A stretch of DNA of 64,000 bases from a virus: positions 32,001 to 96,000 of the IMG/VR virus record IMGVR_UViG_3300026521_000466; one strand, 5' to 3'. Positions 1-9,978 of the stretch are shown piece after piece. Under the pieces are notes generated by a model. The model was not told where the DNA came from. It ran no database searches and saw nothing but the letters and a program-made list of their open reading frames with translations. The position numbers and the translations under genes were made by a program. How positions within the stretch are numbered: position 1 is the stretch's first letter; every line of letters starts with the position of its first letter.

Positions 1-951
1 ATCTACTTCTCCTAATTTGATAGGCCCGCAGGATTCGGTTGTTGTAATGCCTGTATAAGCAGCGATATCCATGGCAGTGTCTTTTTTTCTTTCTCCGAAC
101 CCATCTAGTTTCACAAAGACAATATCCAAGCCCGACTGTCTAATTCTAAGTTGTCCAGCTACTAGATTTGGTACTATCTTGTCAGCTATATCTTTTACGA
201 AGATCACCAATCTTTTAGGCTTATTCTCTCCAAGACTTGCGATAATGTGTTCAATGTCTTCAGCACTACTGATCTCTTTATAATGAACCAATACTTTTGC
301 ATTAACCATTGTATGTTTCATATCTACATTCGTAAAGATATCTCTCGATATTGGATCATGCCTATATGTAAGCCCGCTTGTAGTATGGACTTTATCGATA
401 TGCGTCTGTCCTTCTTCTACTTTCACAACACCGTTCTCATCAGCTGCCCTATACGCATCCACTACAACTTTTGCGATGGTCTCATCTCTGTTTGATGATA
501 TCATGGCAATATCATATGTCAGAGGGCTGTGTATGTCTATAGTCTTTTTCATATTACCCAATTCAGCAATGATTGGATAAATTGCCTCCTTCATATCTCT
601 CGTCAGTTCGATAGGGGAAATGTTTTCATTCTCCATCATGGACCGACCAGCTATATATAGTCGTGTTGATAATAGTACACTTGTAGTTGTACCATCACCG
701 GCAGTAAGTGCTGTTTCTCTAGCTGCTTGCCGTACAAGCTTTATTGCCATATTTTCAATATGGTCACGTGACTCAACATGTTCTGCTACAGTAACGCCGT
801 CTTTTGTCAAATGGGGATCGCCTGCATAATCCTCGATAAGTACGTTTGCTCCACCAGGTCCCATTGTGGCTACCACAGCATCAAAGAGGGTTGTTAGCCC
901 GTTCTCGATTGTATTTGTTAAACCGCTATGGCTGAAATGTGTTTGTTTCAT
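1..951 (-). CDS. groEL: GroEL-like chaperonin, N-terminal part (runs off window start)
   Basis: Manual translation from ATG at 951 (AAGGAG RBS upstream): MKQTHFSHSG...ATMGPGGANVLI...TKDGVTVAEHV...AGDGTTTSVLL, canonical Cpn60 motifs. Absent from the ORF track because it is truncated. Confidence 0.93.
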   Translation of the reverse strand, partial: MKQTHFSHSGLTNTIENGLTTLFDAVVATMGPGGANVLIEDYAGDPHLTKDGVTVAEHVESRDHIENMAIKLVRQAARETALTAGDGTTTSVLLSTRLYIAGRSMMENENISPIELTRDMKEAIYPIIAELGNMKKTIDIHSPLTYDIAMISSNRDETIAKVVVDAYRAADENGVVKVEEGQTHIDKVHTTSGLTYRHDPISRDIFTNVDMKHTMVNAKVLVHYKEISSAEDIEHIIASLGENKPKRLVIFVKDIADKIVPNLVAGQLRIRQSGLDIVFVKLDGFGERKKDTAMDIAAYTGITTTESCGPIKLGEVD

Positions 952-1011
952 TTGATTACTCCTTATGTTTTTTAGTTAATGTCTATCGACACACCTAAAC
1001 CTATACACCAT

Positions 1012-1020
1012 AATAATATA
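1012..1020 (-). promoter_or_regulatory. Early-type promoter motif TATATTATT upstream of groEL
   Basis: One of 10 intergenic copies; resembles the phiKZ early promoter TATATTAC. Confidence 0.65.
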
Positions 1021-1070
1021 CATACATAAAATAATGCTCATCTTATTTTTTAAGAAAAAAAATATATACA

Positions 1071-1102
1071 GGTACAGGGACTAATCAAATAGTCCTTGTA
1101 CC
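1071..1102 (-). terminator. Stem-loop terminator
   Basis: ggtacagggacta/tagtccttgtacc arms, with a T-run just downstream on the minus strand. Confidence 0.65.
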
Positions 1103-1194
1103 CACTTTGAACGTGCCAGCAACAACGCCATTACTGTTGCTGGCACGCCGATGCCTACGAATGTAATCATCGTGATAGCCATATCTACAATCAT
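1081..1194 (-). CDS. 37-aa single-pass membrane peptide
   Basis: MIVDMAITMITFVGIGVPATVMALLLARSKWVQGLFD*; AAGGA RBS, own promoter motif at 1258-1266, and terminator overlapping the stop. Confidence 0.6.
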   Translation of the reverse strand: MIVDMAITMITFVGIGVPATVMALLLARSKWVQGLFD

Positions 1195-1257
1195 AATGTT
1201 CCTTTCTTTTTATTTAATTTTTAAGAACATGTAATGTATATGTCCTTAATCTACTAC

Positions 1258-1266
1258 AATAATATA
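1258..1266 (-). promoter_or_regulatory. Early-type promoter motif TATATTATT
   Basis: Intergenic copy upstream of the 1194 small ORF. Confidence 0.6.
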
Positions 1267-1340
1267 TAAACGACACTTGTTGGAAATTGATGTTTTGTCT
1301 ATCCTTATTATTAATTGAATTTATTGCATAAGGAGATATT

Positions 1341-1730
1341 ATGGCTAAAGTAGCGGTATTATCCGATGAAGAGAAAAAAATATTTGAACAGAATTTAGGC
1401 CGTATGGGAGATATAGTAGATGATCTTTTTAAAGACGGTACGCCCGATACAAATAGAGATAAGAGACTTGCATTGGAAGCAATGGAAAAACAGAACGATA
1501 GTGTTTTGAAGTTAGCGGAAATAAGAAGTAAAGCAGCGCAAGAAGAGGGTGATGAAGCAGTGAAAGGCATAGTCGTTGAGTTATTAAAGCAGGCACGACT
1601 AACTAAATCACAGCCATCAGAAAGAGAGTTTGTCGATATTGATGAGGCGGAGGTAGAACCTATTCTGCCTACGGCATTGTCAATGGAAAAAGAGGAACTT
1701 AATATTGAAGATTTCGTAGAAGAGGAATAA
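1341..1730 (+). CDS. Hypothetical acidic helical protein
   Basis: 129 aa, AAGGAG RBS, first gene of the ruvC operon. Confidence 0.8.
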   Translation: MAKVAVLSDEEKKIFEQNLGRMGDIVDDLFKDGTPDTNRDKRLALEAMEKQNDSVLKLAEIRSKAAQEEGDEAVKGIVVELLKQARLTKSQPSEREFVDIDEAEVEPILPTALSMEKEELNIEDFVEEE

Positions 1731-1734
1731 TGGT

Positions 1735-2529
1735 ATGATAGTAAATAAAACAAACACGACAATATATTCATCAATAGTAGATGCCGTAGTAAAAACAGGC
1801 ACAGGTATTTTAAATCCTATTATAGGATCGACGTTAAATGAGAAATACCATATCAATATTACTTCTGATGCATCTGACATACCTACACTGGGATACTATG
1901 GTGTCGGTCTTTCCCCAGAGAGTATAGTTTCAGAAAATGACCTTGACCTTTATAAATACAGACACTCGCCTACGTCAATAGACTTGTTCAGGCCTGTGCC
2001 ATTTATTGCAAGAGATGCTAATGTTGGATTGACAGATATAGAAGAGAACACATATCGAATTAAAGTGCGTAAAGAGATAGATAATAAAACATATATACTC
2101 TGTTATCTTAAAAAGATTGACTTTGTAGACACTGAACCGACAGTCGGCACATTTGAACTGAATGAAGATGGGAACTATGTAATGTCTGTATATGACCCAG
2201 AAATAGATGCTACTAAAGAGATGCCTGTTGATAACGATTCAAATTTCTTTATAGGCACGTCACAATCAATGACATTGACACTGACCGATATTGAAATAGC
2301 TAATATTAAAGATGCAGTAGCTTTACTCTATCCGGAATTAGCATCTGAGTTAGTAGGTCAATATATAGGAGAACTGGCTATTTACCACGGAGTAGAAAAA
2401 CCAGAGCAAAGAGATGAGGCCTCAAAAGTACAAGCTGCTTATTTTATACAAAGACATTTTTCGTTAGACTCTGAAAAGTTTAAATATATTCTGAATATAG
2501 GTGGTATGACACCTAGGATATTCGGATGA
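1735..2529 (+). CDS. Virion structural protein (phiKZ gp139-like, probably baseplate)
   Basis: PTLGYYGVG...HSP...LFRPVPF..R...YRIKVR...Y..CYLKKID pattern; adjacent to ruvC as recalled for phiKZ-like phages. Confidence 0.55.
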   Translation: MIVNKTNTTIYSSIVDAVVKTGTGILNPIIGSTLNEKYHINITSDASDIPTLGYYGVGLSPESIVSENDLDLYKYRHSPTSIDLFRPVPFIARDANVGLTDIEENTYRIKVRKEIDNKTYILCYLKKIDFVDTEPTVGTFELNEDGNYVMSVYDPEIDATKEMPVDNDSNFFIGTSQSMTLTLTDIEIANIKDAVALLYPELASELVGQYIGELAIYHGVEKPEQRDEASKVQAAYFIQRHFSLDSEKFKYILNIGGMTPRIFG

Positions 2530-3086
2530 GTACATATACAATTATGGGGATCGACCCTGGAACTTCGACAGTAGGAGTTGCAATATATCATTATGAAAAC
2601 AATAGGCTAACTAAAATAACAAGTGAGCTTATAGATGTATCCAAAGAGAACAACAGGCATAAGTTAAATACTCATCTTGATGTCAGGCTAACAGCTATTG
2701 CGACGGAGTTATCATTACTTTATAAAAAGTATAATCCTATTGCAGTGGCTATGGAGCATCCATTCATAAATGCTAGAAGACCAACGTCTATTATACCGCT
2801 AGCTAGGTCTATAGAGGCAATCATACACACTGCTTTATTGTTTAATCCCAATATATTCATATATAAACCAGCGCCTACAAAGATAAAAGCTTATGTAAAA
2901 GTAAAAGACTTCAAATCTAAAACTGCTGTCTTGAATGCCATGCTCGAACTTGATGAGATTAAAGGTATTATTGAAAATCCATTCTCAATATCAGAGCATG
3001 AGATAGATGGTGTAGTTATTGGATATCTTCTTCATAAACTAATAGAAGAGGCCCCGTTTATTCCATATATAGTAAGTGACAGGTAG
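2526..3086 (+). CDS. ruvC: Holliday junction resolvase RuvC
   Basis: IMGIDPGT, AVAMEHPF, P.KIK, HEIDGVVIG catalytic motifs. Confidence 0.9.
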   Translation: MSTYTIMGIDPGTSTVGVAIYHYENNRLTKITSELIDVSKENNRHKLNTHLDVRLTAIATELSLLYKKYNPIAVAMEHPFINARRPTSIIPLARSIEAIIHTALLFNPNIFIYKPAPTKIKAYVKVKDFKSKTAVLNAMLELDEIKGIIENPFSISEHEIDGVVIGYLLHKLIEEAPFIPYIVSDR

Positions 3087-3106
3087 TGGTGTATATACAC
3101 CACTAC
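3083..3106. terminator. Perfect 24-bp palindrome at convergent junction
   Basis: gtagtggtgtat|atacaccactac; contains both stop codons. Confidence 0.7.
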
Positions 3107-3252
3107 ACCGTCTTTGTTGTCATCATACTATCTTTAACTTTCTTAAACTTTGTGAGGATGTTCTTATCAGAACAATTTTTAATATGGTTATTTATTCTCT
3201 TCTCAGCCAACCGTAGTAAACGCATGATAAGAGATATGTCTTGTGTTTGCAT
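3103..3252 (-). CDS. 49-aa basic hypothetical protein
   Basis: MQTQDISLIMRLLRLAEKRINNHIKNCSDKNILTKFKKVKDSMMTTKTV*; AAAGGA RBS; its stop mirrors the ruvC stop in the palindrome. Confidence 0.5.
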   Translation of the reverse strand: MQTQDISLIMRLLRLAEKRINNHIKNCSDKNILTKFKKVKDSMMTTKTV

Positions 3253-3308
3253 TGTAATCCTTTTCATGGGTGAACATTACCATTTCATTAAAAAAAGAAA
3301 CTAAGACG

Positions 3309-4916
3309 TTACACATGCCGCATAACGTCTCTAGCTACTGTTTTTATAAAGTCGTACCCATCCTTTGTATTCTTTAAATTTGCATTCTGATTTGCCAACG
3401 TCTGTTTCTCGATTTCTAACATCTTGATTATTGTAGATTGATCATTTTCAGTCTCTATGATTTTCAGCATCTTTGTGATAAGATCTATTTTACTTTTCCT
3501 TTCTATTGTTATTTTAGATAACATTATCTGCTCATGTTTTCTTCTTAGCTCTTCCAGCTTTAGCATAAACATACGCTCTTCTATACTCTCCTTTTGACCT
3601 CCGTCTTCCAATGCCTTTTGGTAACTAACATAAATATTATGCTCTTTCATCAATCGCTCAGGAATCATTACTCTTTTAAGTTCATTATGGTGATTCTTAT
3701 AAGTGATGATTATCTCTGTTTTATTGTCCTTTATACATTCTACCTTATGAATAACGCCACACATAGGGATATAAACATAATCATATTTTTCAGAGAAGGC
3801 TTTTATTTTAATTCCCTCGACACTATTGATTATGTAAACATTATCTTTTATGTGTTTATACTCGTCAGGATTCTCTGTTATCAGATAGTAGTCTGATACA
3901 AACAGTGTTTTTCTGCGAATAATGTCCTCCATACTAATATGCTTTATAAGGTACATTGAATCGTTAATTATATTCTTTTCTATCTTGCCACTTTTTATCA
4001 TCCTCTCTTTTGTGTATTTAATAAGATTTTTTACAAGACTTACATCTATTCTGTTTAACCCTGTTTTTATTTGTGTTACTGGATCTGCAATATTGCCATA
4101 CTGATCAGTGGAGTCTTTTATGACATAACTTAACTCATCTATGAACTTCTTCTGCGTAAAGAGTTCACTTTGATTGAATGTTTTTCTATAGAGCTCAATC
4201 ATATCATTTATCTTCTCAGATATTGTAAGTAAACCCCCCACATCCTTTTTACATTCGTTCAGTATAAGTCTCTCAAAGTTACTCTCCTTTATCTCGTATA
4301 TACCAAACAGACTTTCAGGGATATCTTCTTCTCTAACCTGATTATAGAGATTTGTATTTTCCACATCAGCAGCATTCATTGTTTCAAACTCTATCCCTTT
4401 AGATGCAAGTAGTGCCTCTAATACTGTATTTCTTGTTATGCGAAATTTCCCCGTTGCGTCCTTATATATATTTGGATAGTATCTTGGTATCTCATTTACA
4501 AGCCCCTCGCTATTTACCAATTCTCTATTTATATCTCCAATATAGAACCTAAAATCAAAGTTTATTTTCATATTGTTGATAATGGTTTTTATCACAGGTT
4601 CTGTATATATCATATCCCCCACACTCAACTCTTTATTTTTGGCTATTGAAATAATATCATGCCAATCTATATTGAGTATGAAATTAATGATATCTGTTCT
4701 TTTCATAAATGAGAAAATTATATTTGGCGATCCAAATACTTTATCATTATTGATTTCATGTTTTTCTTCTTCACTGTTGTCTGTCTCTTCTATAACTCCT
4801 GTCTCTATTATATTATCGAGATACTTAGATATTTTAAGATACTCGTCTGTCTTTGGAATTTCAATATTATCGAATATCTCATTTTCCAATTCGTTCACTC
4901 TTTTGTTGATCTCCAT
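3309..4916 (-). CDS. Hypothetical protein with C-terminal coiled coil
   Basis: 535-aa ORF, AAGGAG RBS. Confidence 0.85.
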   Translation of the reverse strand: MEINKRVNELENEIFDNIEIPKTDEYLKISKYLDNIIETGVIEETDNSEEEKHEINNDKVFGSPNIIFSFMKRTDIINFILNIDWHDIISIAKNKELSVGDMIYTEPVIKTIINNMKINFDFRFYIGDINRELVNSEGLVNEIPRYYPNIYKDATGKFRITRNTVLEALLASKGIEFETMNAADVENTNLYNQVREEDIPESLFGIYEIKESNFERLILNECKKDVGGLLTISEKINDMIELYRKTFNQSELFTQKKFIDELSYVIKDSTDQYGNIADPVTQIKTGLNRIDVSLVKNLIKYTKERMIKSGKIEKNIINDSMYLIKHISMEDIIRRKTLFVSDYYLITENPDEYKHIKDNVYIINSVEGIKIKAFSEKYDYVYIPMCGVIHKVECIKDNKTEIIITYKNHHNELKRVMIPERLMKEHNIYVSYQKALEDGGQKESIEERMFMLKLEELRRKHEQIMLSKITIERKSKIDLITKMLKIIETENDQSTIIKMLEIEKQTLANQNANLKNTKDGYDFIKTVARDVMRHV

Positions 4917-4961
4917 CTCAGCTCCTTAAAGAAACCGCGGACCCTCAGGCCTGCGGTCTCA

Positions 4962-5345
4962 TTATGTCTTTTTATTATCAAATGTTTGTGATAGCATTTT
5001 AGAATCTATAGGGAGTTCGGCTGAAGCAATGTTGCCGTTCCTCATAGTCACCTCTATTCTAAACACTATCTTTTTTGTTTTAAGTATTTTTACCAGTAAG
5101 AGGACAAATGTTTTCATTGTCATCTTTTCTCCATATATATACTCCCTCAGGTTTGTGCTGTTCAATTTCTTTTCTGACTCTGGATCGTATGATCTATTTA
5201 TATAGTCCAGAATCATGGCATCCACATTATCCACCAGACCTGCGTCCACTAAAAGTTTACGCCACAGTGTTGTTAATATCCCCCCTGCATTTTTTTCGGT
5301 AGATGGATTTAATAGGTTTTTTCTATCGTATTTTGCCATAGTCAC
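4962..5345 (-). CDS. Conserved-type hypothetical early protein
   Basis: 127 aa, AAGGAG RBS, promoter motif at 5375-5383, hairpin at about 4934-4957. Confidence 0.75.
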   Translation of the reverse strand: MTMAKYDRKNLLNPSTEKNAGGILTTLWRKLLVDAGLVDNVDAMILDYINRSYDPESEKKLNSTNLREYIYGEKMTMKTFVLLLVKILKTKKIVFRIEVTMRNGNIASAELPIDSKMLSQTFDNKKT

Positions 5346-5374
5346 TCCTTTATTATTTACTATGTAACTACTAT

Positions 5375-5383
5375 AATAATATA
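5375..5383 (-). promoter_or_regulatory. Early-type promoter motif TATATTATT
   Basis: Intergenic copy. Confidence 0.6.
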
Positions 5384-5391
5384 TAAATGTA

Positions 5392-5766
5392 TTATTCTAC
5401 TATATCAGAAAATGATTTTTTCAACTCTTCTAATATATGATGTATCCTTGTTAATGCATCAATATCTTTTATTGTCTTTCCTTTCTTATATTTTTTACTT
5501 AAACTCTCTATTTTAGAATAGAGATCATCAACCACCTCTTCTATATTATTAATAACATTCCCATTATAGTCTGTAAAGAACATATGTCTTTTAATATAAC
5601 GTTTGTTAAAATTTGTATAGTATATTTGCTGTAAATCATTCTCTATATTATTGAGATTATTGTGAAGTTCAAATATGTTTACGGAGTGATACTCTTTTAC
5701 AACGTTAGGGAGTGTATATGGGTTTATGATTTTTCTTTTCTTCTTTCTAAATAGTCCAAACATCAA
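5392..5766 (-). CDS. Hypothetical protein
   Basis: 124 aa, GGAGG RBS. Confidence 0.75.
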   Translation of the reverse strand: MMFGLFRKKKRKIINPYTLPNVVKEYHSVNIFELHNNLNNIENDLQQIYYTNFNKRYIKRHMFFTDYNGNVINNIEEVVDDLYSKIESLSKKYKKGKTIKDIDALTRIHHILEELKKSFSDIVE

Positions 5767-5840
5767 CCCTCCTTTAAATTATCAACTAATAGAAATATAA
5801 AAATAAATATAATTAACACCATTCGGAAGACCGAATGGCA

Positions 5841-6011
5841 TTAAAGATATCCTAGAATTGCCCCAATGGGAGGGACTAACATACCAACTCCGCGCAGTAT
5901 ATAACAACCTGTTGAGCAGTATTCGTCTAGCATCAGTACTATATTATATATGTATCCTATAGAGAGAAATATACCAGATAATATATTTAATATTTTTAAT
6001 GTTTTTTTCAT
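5841..6011 (-). CDS. 56-aa membrane protein
   Basis: MKKTLKILNILSGIFLSIGYIYNIVLMLDEYCSTGCYILRGVGMLVPPIGAILGYL*; starts 1 nt after the upstream stop; resembles the small phage membrane protein pattern G..NI...LR.VG...P.GAILGY. Confidence 0.65.
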   Translation of the reverse strand: MKKTLKILNILSGIFLSIGYIYNIVLMLDEYCSTGCYILRGVGMLVPPIGAILGYL

Positions 6012-6012
6012 C

Positions 6013-8046
6013 TTACTGGTTTATTGTTTTACGCGCTACTTCATTTAGGAAGTAATTTTTTAATCTGTCATACTCAACCACATTTTTAGTCATTGCTAGT
6101 ACAGCACCGACGCCTACACTGATGTTAGTCTTTACATCACCTTCTGTAGTGTTTTTTCCAGCTTTCATATAGGAGAGCATAATAGGTGATCCACTGATAC
6201 CATTGCTTATTGCATTAAAGCTTTTTTCTACATCACTAATACTTTTGATATAGGCAGCTACTTTTTTATTTGTGAATTGGTCGTCTCTGATAAGTATCAA
6301 TATTTTGTTAACAACCATATTAAGTATGCCTTTTGTAACTACAGTGGTCTTTAACTCTTTTGATATCAATGCATTTTTCAACACTACGCCATCGATATCT
6401 ATGAGCTGCACCAATAGGGTAATATATGGAACATAAGTCATTCTTCCATGTTTTGCACTTTGTATACTTATATTGTAGTTTACCATAACAGCATCAATCT
6501 TTACACTCTTCCCATCATATAGACCAAGTTTATGATCGTATTTCGGTATCTTCTTATAATCAGCAGGATCAAGTATATTTATTAACTTTTGTCCGTAGTT
6601 TGTTTTTATTGCTGCTTTTGCGTCACCATTTATGTAGGACGCCAGTGTACTATTAATGCCTTGATAACCAATCATTATATCAGACAAACGTATTCCGTAG
6701 TCTTTACTAAGCACCCACAGGAAATGTAATTTAGCCAGCTCTTTATTCAATCTTAGCGGCACATCTCTTTTACCTATTTGCTCAAACAGCAATCTTGCTT
6801 TAAGTTGTGTATTTGCGGCTGTCTTTACATTGATTTGACCTATACTCTTAAGATACTTCCATGTATCATTATATTGCGATGGGGCGTAAGTACCACTCTC
6901 AAGGTTAAACAATTCTTGTAGTAGCATTGACTCTTTTTCATTATCTACGACCGGAGAGAAATCAACTGATGTGTCTGATTCCATGTTTGCATTATCAACA
7001 GAGAGAGTGTCCATAAGACTCAACGCCTTTTTGTTATAGCTATGTAATATAGAATAATAAGTTGGTGTTGCCGATAAATAGTTTCCTATAGCACGCATAT
7101 ATACATCATGATCGAGTACAGATATTTTTTTATTTTTATACCTGTCTACTATTTTGTCCATAGTCTTTTTATCTTTTATCTTTTTATTCAATTTGATAAG
7201 TTTATCTTTGAAAGATTCCATATTATCTTGCATTTTCTTATCATAATAGAATTTGAGTATTTGATGTTTCAAATCATCTTCGCTATACTCATCTGTTATT
7301 GTTATGTTATAATCTACACTCACTTTTTTAATGTAGACCAATGTGTTGTTCAGGTATTGTAGATTTAACAGATAGTATTTTATCTTATTCTCTTTCACTT
7401 TCCATGAATAGAGGACATAACGGTGAACTATCTTCTCTCCAGCGAACTCTTTTGGTATTTTTGTAATATGGATAGCTTTACTAAGAAGATCGCCCTTAAC
7501 ATTAGATTCGATCACCTTATCATCTTTCCCATCTACAATATTATTGATTTCATCATACATATCCAGTATAGTACTATCTACACCGTCTATTCCAAGACTA
7601 TCCATGTGTTTCCCAATAGCAACAATATATTTAGGAACATCTTTATCTTTTAACTTTTTGAATGCGTCTGCATTAAAGTGCTTTTCAAAACTCTCCTGTT
7701 TCTTCTCTTTGCTCTTTGGTGTTTTTTCATTACTGTTTCCGCCAAACAATTTGACGATGAAATCAATAATACTATTGATAATTTTACCGATCATTTCGGA
7801 TATAGTGCTGAATACTTCGAGGTTGCATCCGCTTAATTTCAATACCTCTTCTTTGTTAAGCTGGTATTCAAGTGATATTCTCTTGATGAGTTGTTCTGTA
7901 AATAAGGTACCGTCATTTTCCAGATTTATCACTCCTGCATTATATTTATTTTCCAAGTAATGCACTGCGTTGTCATACTTGGATATAATTGACTCTATAT
8001 CGATTGGTCGTTTTTTGGCTGCTTCTCTTAACTTTTTCATATTCAT
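6013..8046 (-). CDS. Probable internal head protein (proteolytically processed)
   Basis: 677 aa with five N-[LM]-E motifs and an amphipathic helix after CNLE. Confidence 0.55.
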   Translation of the reverse strand: MNMKKLREAAKKRPIDIESIISKYDNAVHYLENKYNAGVINLENDGTLFTEQLIKRISLEYQLNKEEVLKLSGCNLEVFSTISEMIGKIINSIIDFIVKLFGGNSNEKTPKSKEKKQESFEKHFNADAFKKLKDKDVPKYIVAIGKHMDSLGIDGVDSTILDMYDEINNIVDGKDDKVIESNVKGDLLSKAIHITKIPKEFAGEKIVHRYVLYSWKVKENKIKYYLLNLQYLNNTLVYIKKVSVDYNITITDEYSEDDLKHQILKFYYDKKMQDNMESFKDKLIKLNKKIKDKKTMDKIVDRYKNKKISVLDHDVYMRAIGNYLSATPTYYSILHSYNKKALSLMDTLSVDNANMESDTSVDFSPVVDNEKESMLLQELFNLESGTYAPSQYNDTWKYLKSIGQINVKTAANTQLKARLLFEQIGKRDVPLRLNKELAKLHFLWVLSKDYGIRLSDIMIGYQGINSTLASYINGDAKAAIKTNYGQKLINILDPADYKKIPKYDHKLGLYDGKSVKIDAVMVNYNISIQSAKHGRMTYVPYITLLVQLIDIDGVVLKNALISKELKTTVVTKGILNMVVNKILILIRDDQFTNKKVAAYIKSISDVEKSFNAISNGISGSPIMLSYMKAGKNTTEGDVKTNISVGVGAVLAMTKNVVEYDRLKNYFLNEVARKTINQ

Positions 8047-8058
8047 AATTGTCCTTTT

Positions 8059-8883
8059 TTAATATAGTTTATGTTCATCATTCATTGTTTTGCTTTTGCC
8101 ATTAAACCTGCAAGCTGCTAAATGATTGCAGAGTTTCATAAATTTAGTCATAGCATCCACCATAAATCCACTGGCTTTTAGTGATATGGTGCCTGTGACC
8201 ATTTTGATCACTGATCTTGCATTGATGGTAAAGTTGCTTCCAGTAAAATTTACAGTGGTGATATTTACATCAAGCTTCTTATTAGCTGGGTCCCAGATTA
8301 TCTTTTCTCCATTCCCGGCATCAAATGTAACACTGCCTTTAGACATATCCATAGTAAAGTTAAATCCAATGGGCTCTCCATTGTTGGTAGGAGTTTTTAA
8401 TTGTATTCTATTTTCTAATGTAGATACAGTTAATAGGATAGATGTCTTAGAATCAAAATGTTTGCCAAAGTTCTTTTTTTTACTTTGGTCTGTATTAGAG
8501 AATGCGTATGTGACAACCTCTTTACCTTGTAAGTCAGGTTCAATATGCATGGGTTCGTAAAAGTATCTGTCCGTATCGAGTTTCTTAAACACTTCAACAG
8601 TTACACCTGCATATAACACAGGAGGAGTTATTCTATTGCTCCCTCTATTCATCCATCTTGCAGAGACTATCATGTCAGGCTCTTTTGCCGTAGCAAGAAT
8701 AATGTTGCCTTGACCATCTATTGCAGTGTCCGCTGCAATAGGGTCTTGACCTTCTTTCTTTTTCTTATACTCTTTATCCAGTGTTACATGTTCATATAAC
8801 GCTATCTCTATCTCACGCATGTCCGGTTTTGTGTCATGTATAACAACACCATGACCAACACTTATAAATTGCGGAGTCATCAT
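8059..8883 (-). CDS. Baseplate central spike / gp5-GpV-like protein
   Basis: N-terminal OB-like region (ARW...NRITPP....G..V), beta-strand repeats at the C-terminus. Confidence 0.55.
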   Translation of the reverse strand: MMTPQFISVGHGVVIHDTKPDMREIEIALYEHVTLDKEYKKKKEGQDPIAADTAIDGQGNIILATAKEPDMIVSARWMNRGSNRITPPVLYAGVTVEVFKKLDTDRYFYEPMHIEPDLQGKEVVTYAFSNTDQSKKKNFGKHFDSKTSILLTVSTLENRIQLKTPTNNGEPIGFNFTMDMSKGSVTFDAGNGEKIIWDPANKKLDVNITTVNFTGSNFTINARSVIKMVTGTISLKASGFMVDAMTKFMKLCNHLAACRFNGKSKTMNDEHKLY

Positions 8884-9947
8884 TTATGTACCATATTGGC
8901 CATTATACGGTTATCCCCTTTGACCTTTTTAAACAATATTTTTATAGTGCTGCCGATCATACTTACCATATCTTTGACATCAACATTATATCCAATCTCA
9001 TGTAACGCCTTCCATAATGCAGAGTCCTCTTCCTCTTTTTCAAGTTTAGCAAGTGCTTTTTCTACTTTGGCCATTGCATTCATCGAGTTTTCCATATCAC
9101 TGAGTATATCTTTCACAATAGCTGGGTGTTTTTTAACATACTCTTCCACACCTTTTATTACATTCTCTTTTGATACTTCTATATCAAGATTATATTCTAT
9201 CGGAGCTAAGGACACGATATTGTCTTTAGTGTCTCTAATTACCGCTATAAGAGATAACTTGGCTGTTCCTGATAGCGCGTTATCCTTCTCTGTAATGTTA
9301 GTTACATCAATCATAAGTAATGCTAATTCATAAGATACTTCAAGTTTCTTTTTGAAAAGAATCATTCTTTTTTCATCGGGAATGTATCGTTTAATAGCCT
9401 GTTTAAAATCCTCTGTTTTAGTTGCCCATGATAAGTCAGCGGTATCTTTAAGAGGCGTTTTCAATTTACCTTGCAGTAAAGATAGAAGCATATCAGAAAG
9501 CGCATCATCAAATCTAACGCCCATCTTGTTAAGTAGATAAAGTTCTATTTGTGTTTTTGGACGCTTTTTCACTTTTTCAATAATTGCTTCAGGAGTACAT
9601 TTGTTTAAGCTCTTTTTAATATCTTGTTTTTTCCAGAAAAAGATAGCTCTTTTTATGTACCCGAATACCCCAGTAAAGAATTTCTTTATACCATCCAGTA
9701 TTTTTGTAAATTTTCCACTTTCAAGATTTGCGACTGCAAGCACTGTATCTTTGTCTACCTGATAAGCAGACATAAGTCCACCTATCTCTTTCTCAACATT
9801 TGTCTCTTTAAAGCCGAATGTCTGTTTTGTTTTAAGGTCTAACTCTATAAACTTTGGAATGCTATGGTCTTCCAAATTGGCCTCTTCCATGGCCAATTCA
9901 TACCCTTCTAACATATTATCCATCTTATATCCTTTTATATTACTCAT
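8880..9947 (-). CDS. Probable internal head protein
   Basis: ANLED and ANLES motifs followed by an amphipathic helix; adjacent to portal. Confidence 0.5.
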   Translation of the reverse strand: MSNIKGYKMDNMLEGYELAMEEANLEDHSIPKFIELDLKTKQTFGFKETNVEKEIGGLMSAYQVDKDTVLAVANLESGKFTKILDGIKKFFTGVFGYIKRAIFFWKKQDIKKSLNKCTPEAIIEKVKKRPKTQIELYLLNKMGVRFDDALSDMLLSLLQGKLKTPLKDTADLSWATKTEDFKQAIKRYIPDEKRMILFKKKLEVSYELALLMIDVTNITEKDNALSGTAKLSLIAVIRDTKDNIVSLAPIEYNLDIEVSKENVIKGVEEYVKKHPAIVKDILSDMENSMNAMAKVEKALAKLEKEEEDSALWKALHEIGYNVDVKDMVSMIGSTIKILFKKVKGDNRIMANMVHK

Positions 9948-9978
9948 TCATTAAAAATCTGTGGATGTCATTGCCTAT

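Noticed and set aside
71-829. Plus-strand ORFs 71-283, 247-495 and 620-829, and the many other antisense ORFs in the track (e.g. 1214-1774, 48999-49613)
   Set aside because: Shadows of longer, motif-bearing genes on the opposite strand.
1341-1730. Terminase small subunit call
   Set aside because: Size and helical, acidic character fit, but there is no diagnostic motif and no large terminase nearby.
3086-3304. 72-aa plus-strand ORF
   Set aside because: Starts within the palindrome; the minus-strand 49-aa ORF has the RBS and the symmetric stop.
5978-5986. Promoter-like TATATTATC
   Set aside because: Lies inside the 56-aa membrane ORF and deviates from the 9-mer.
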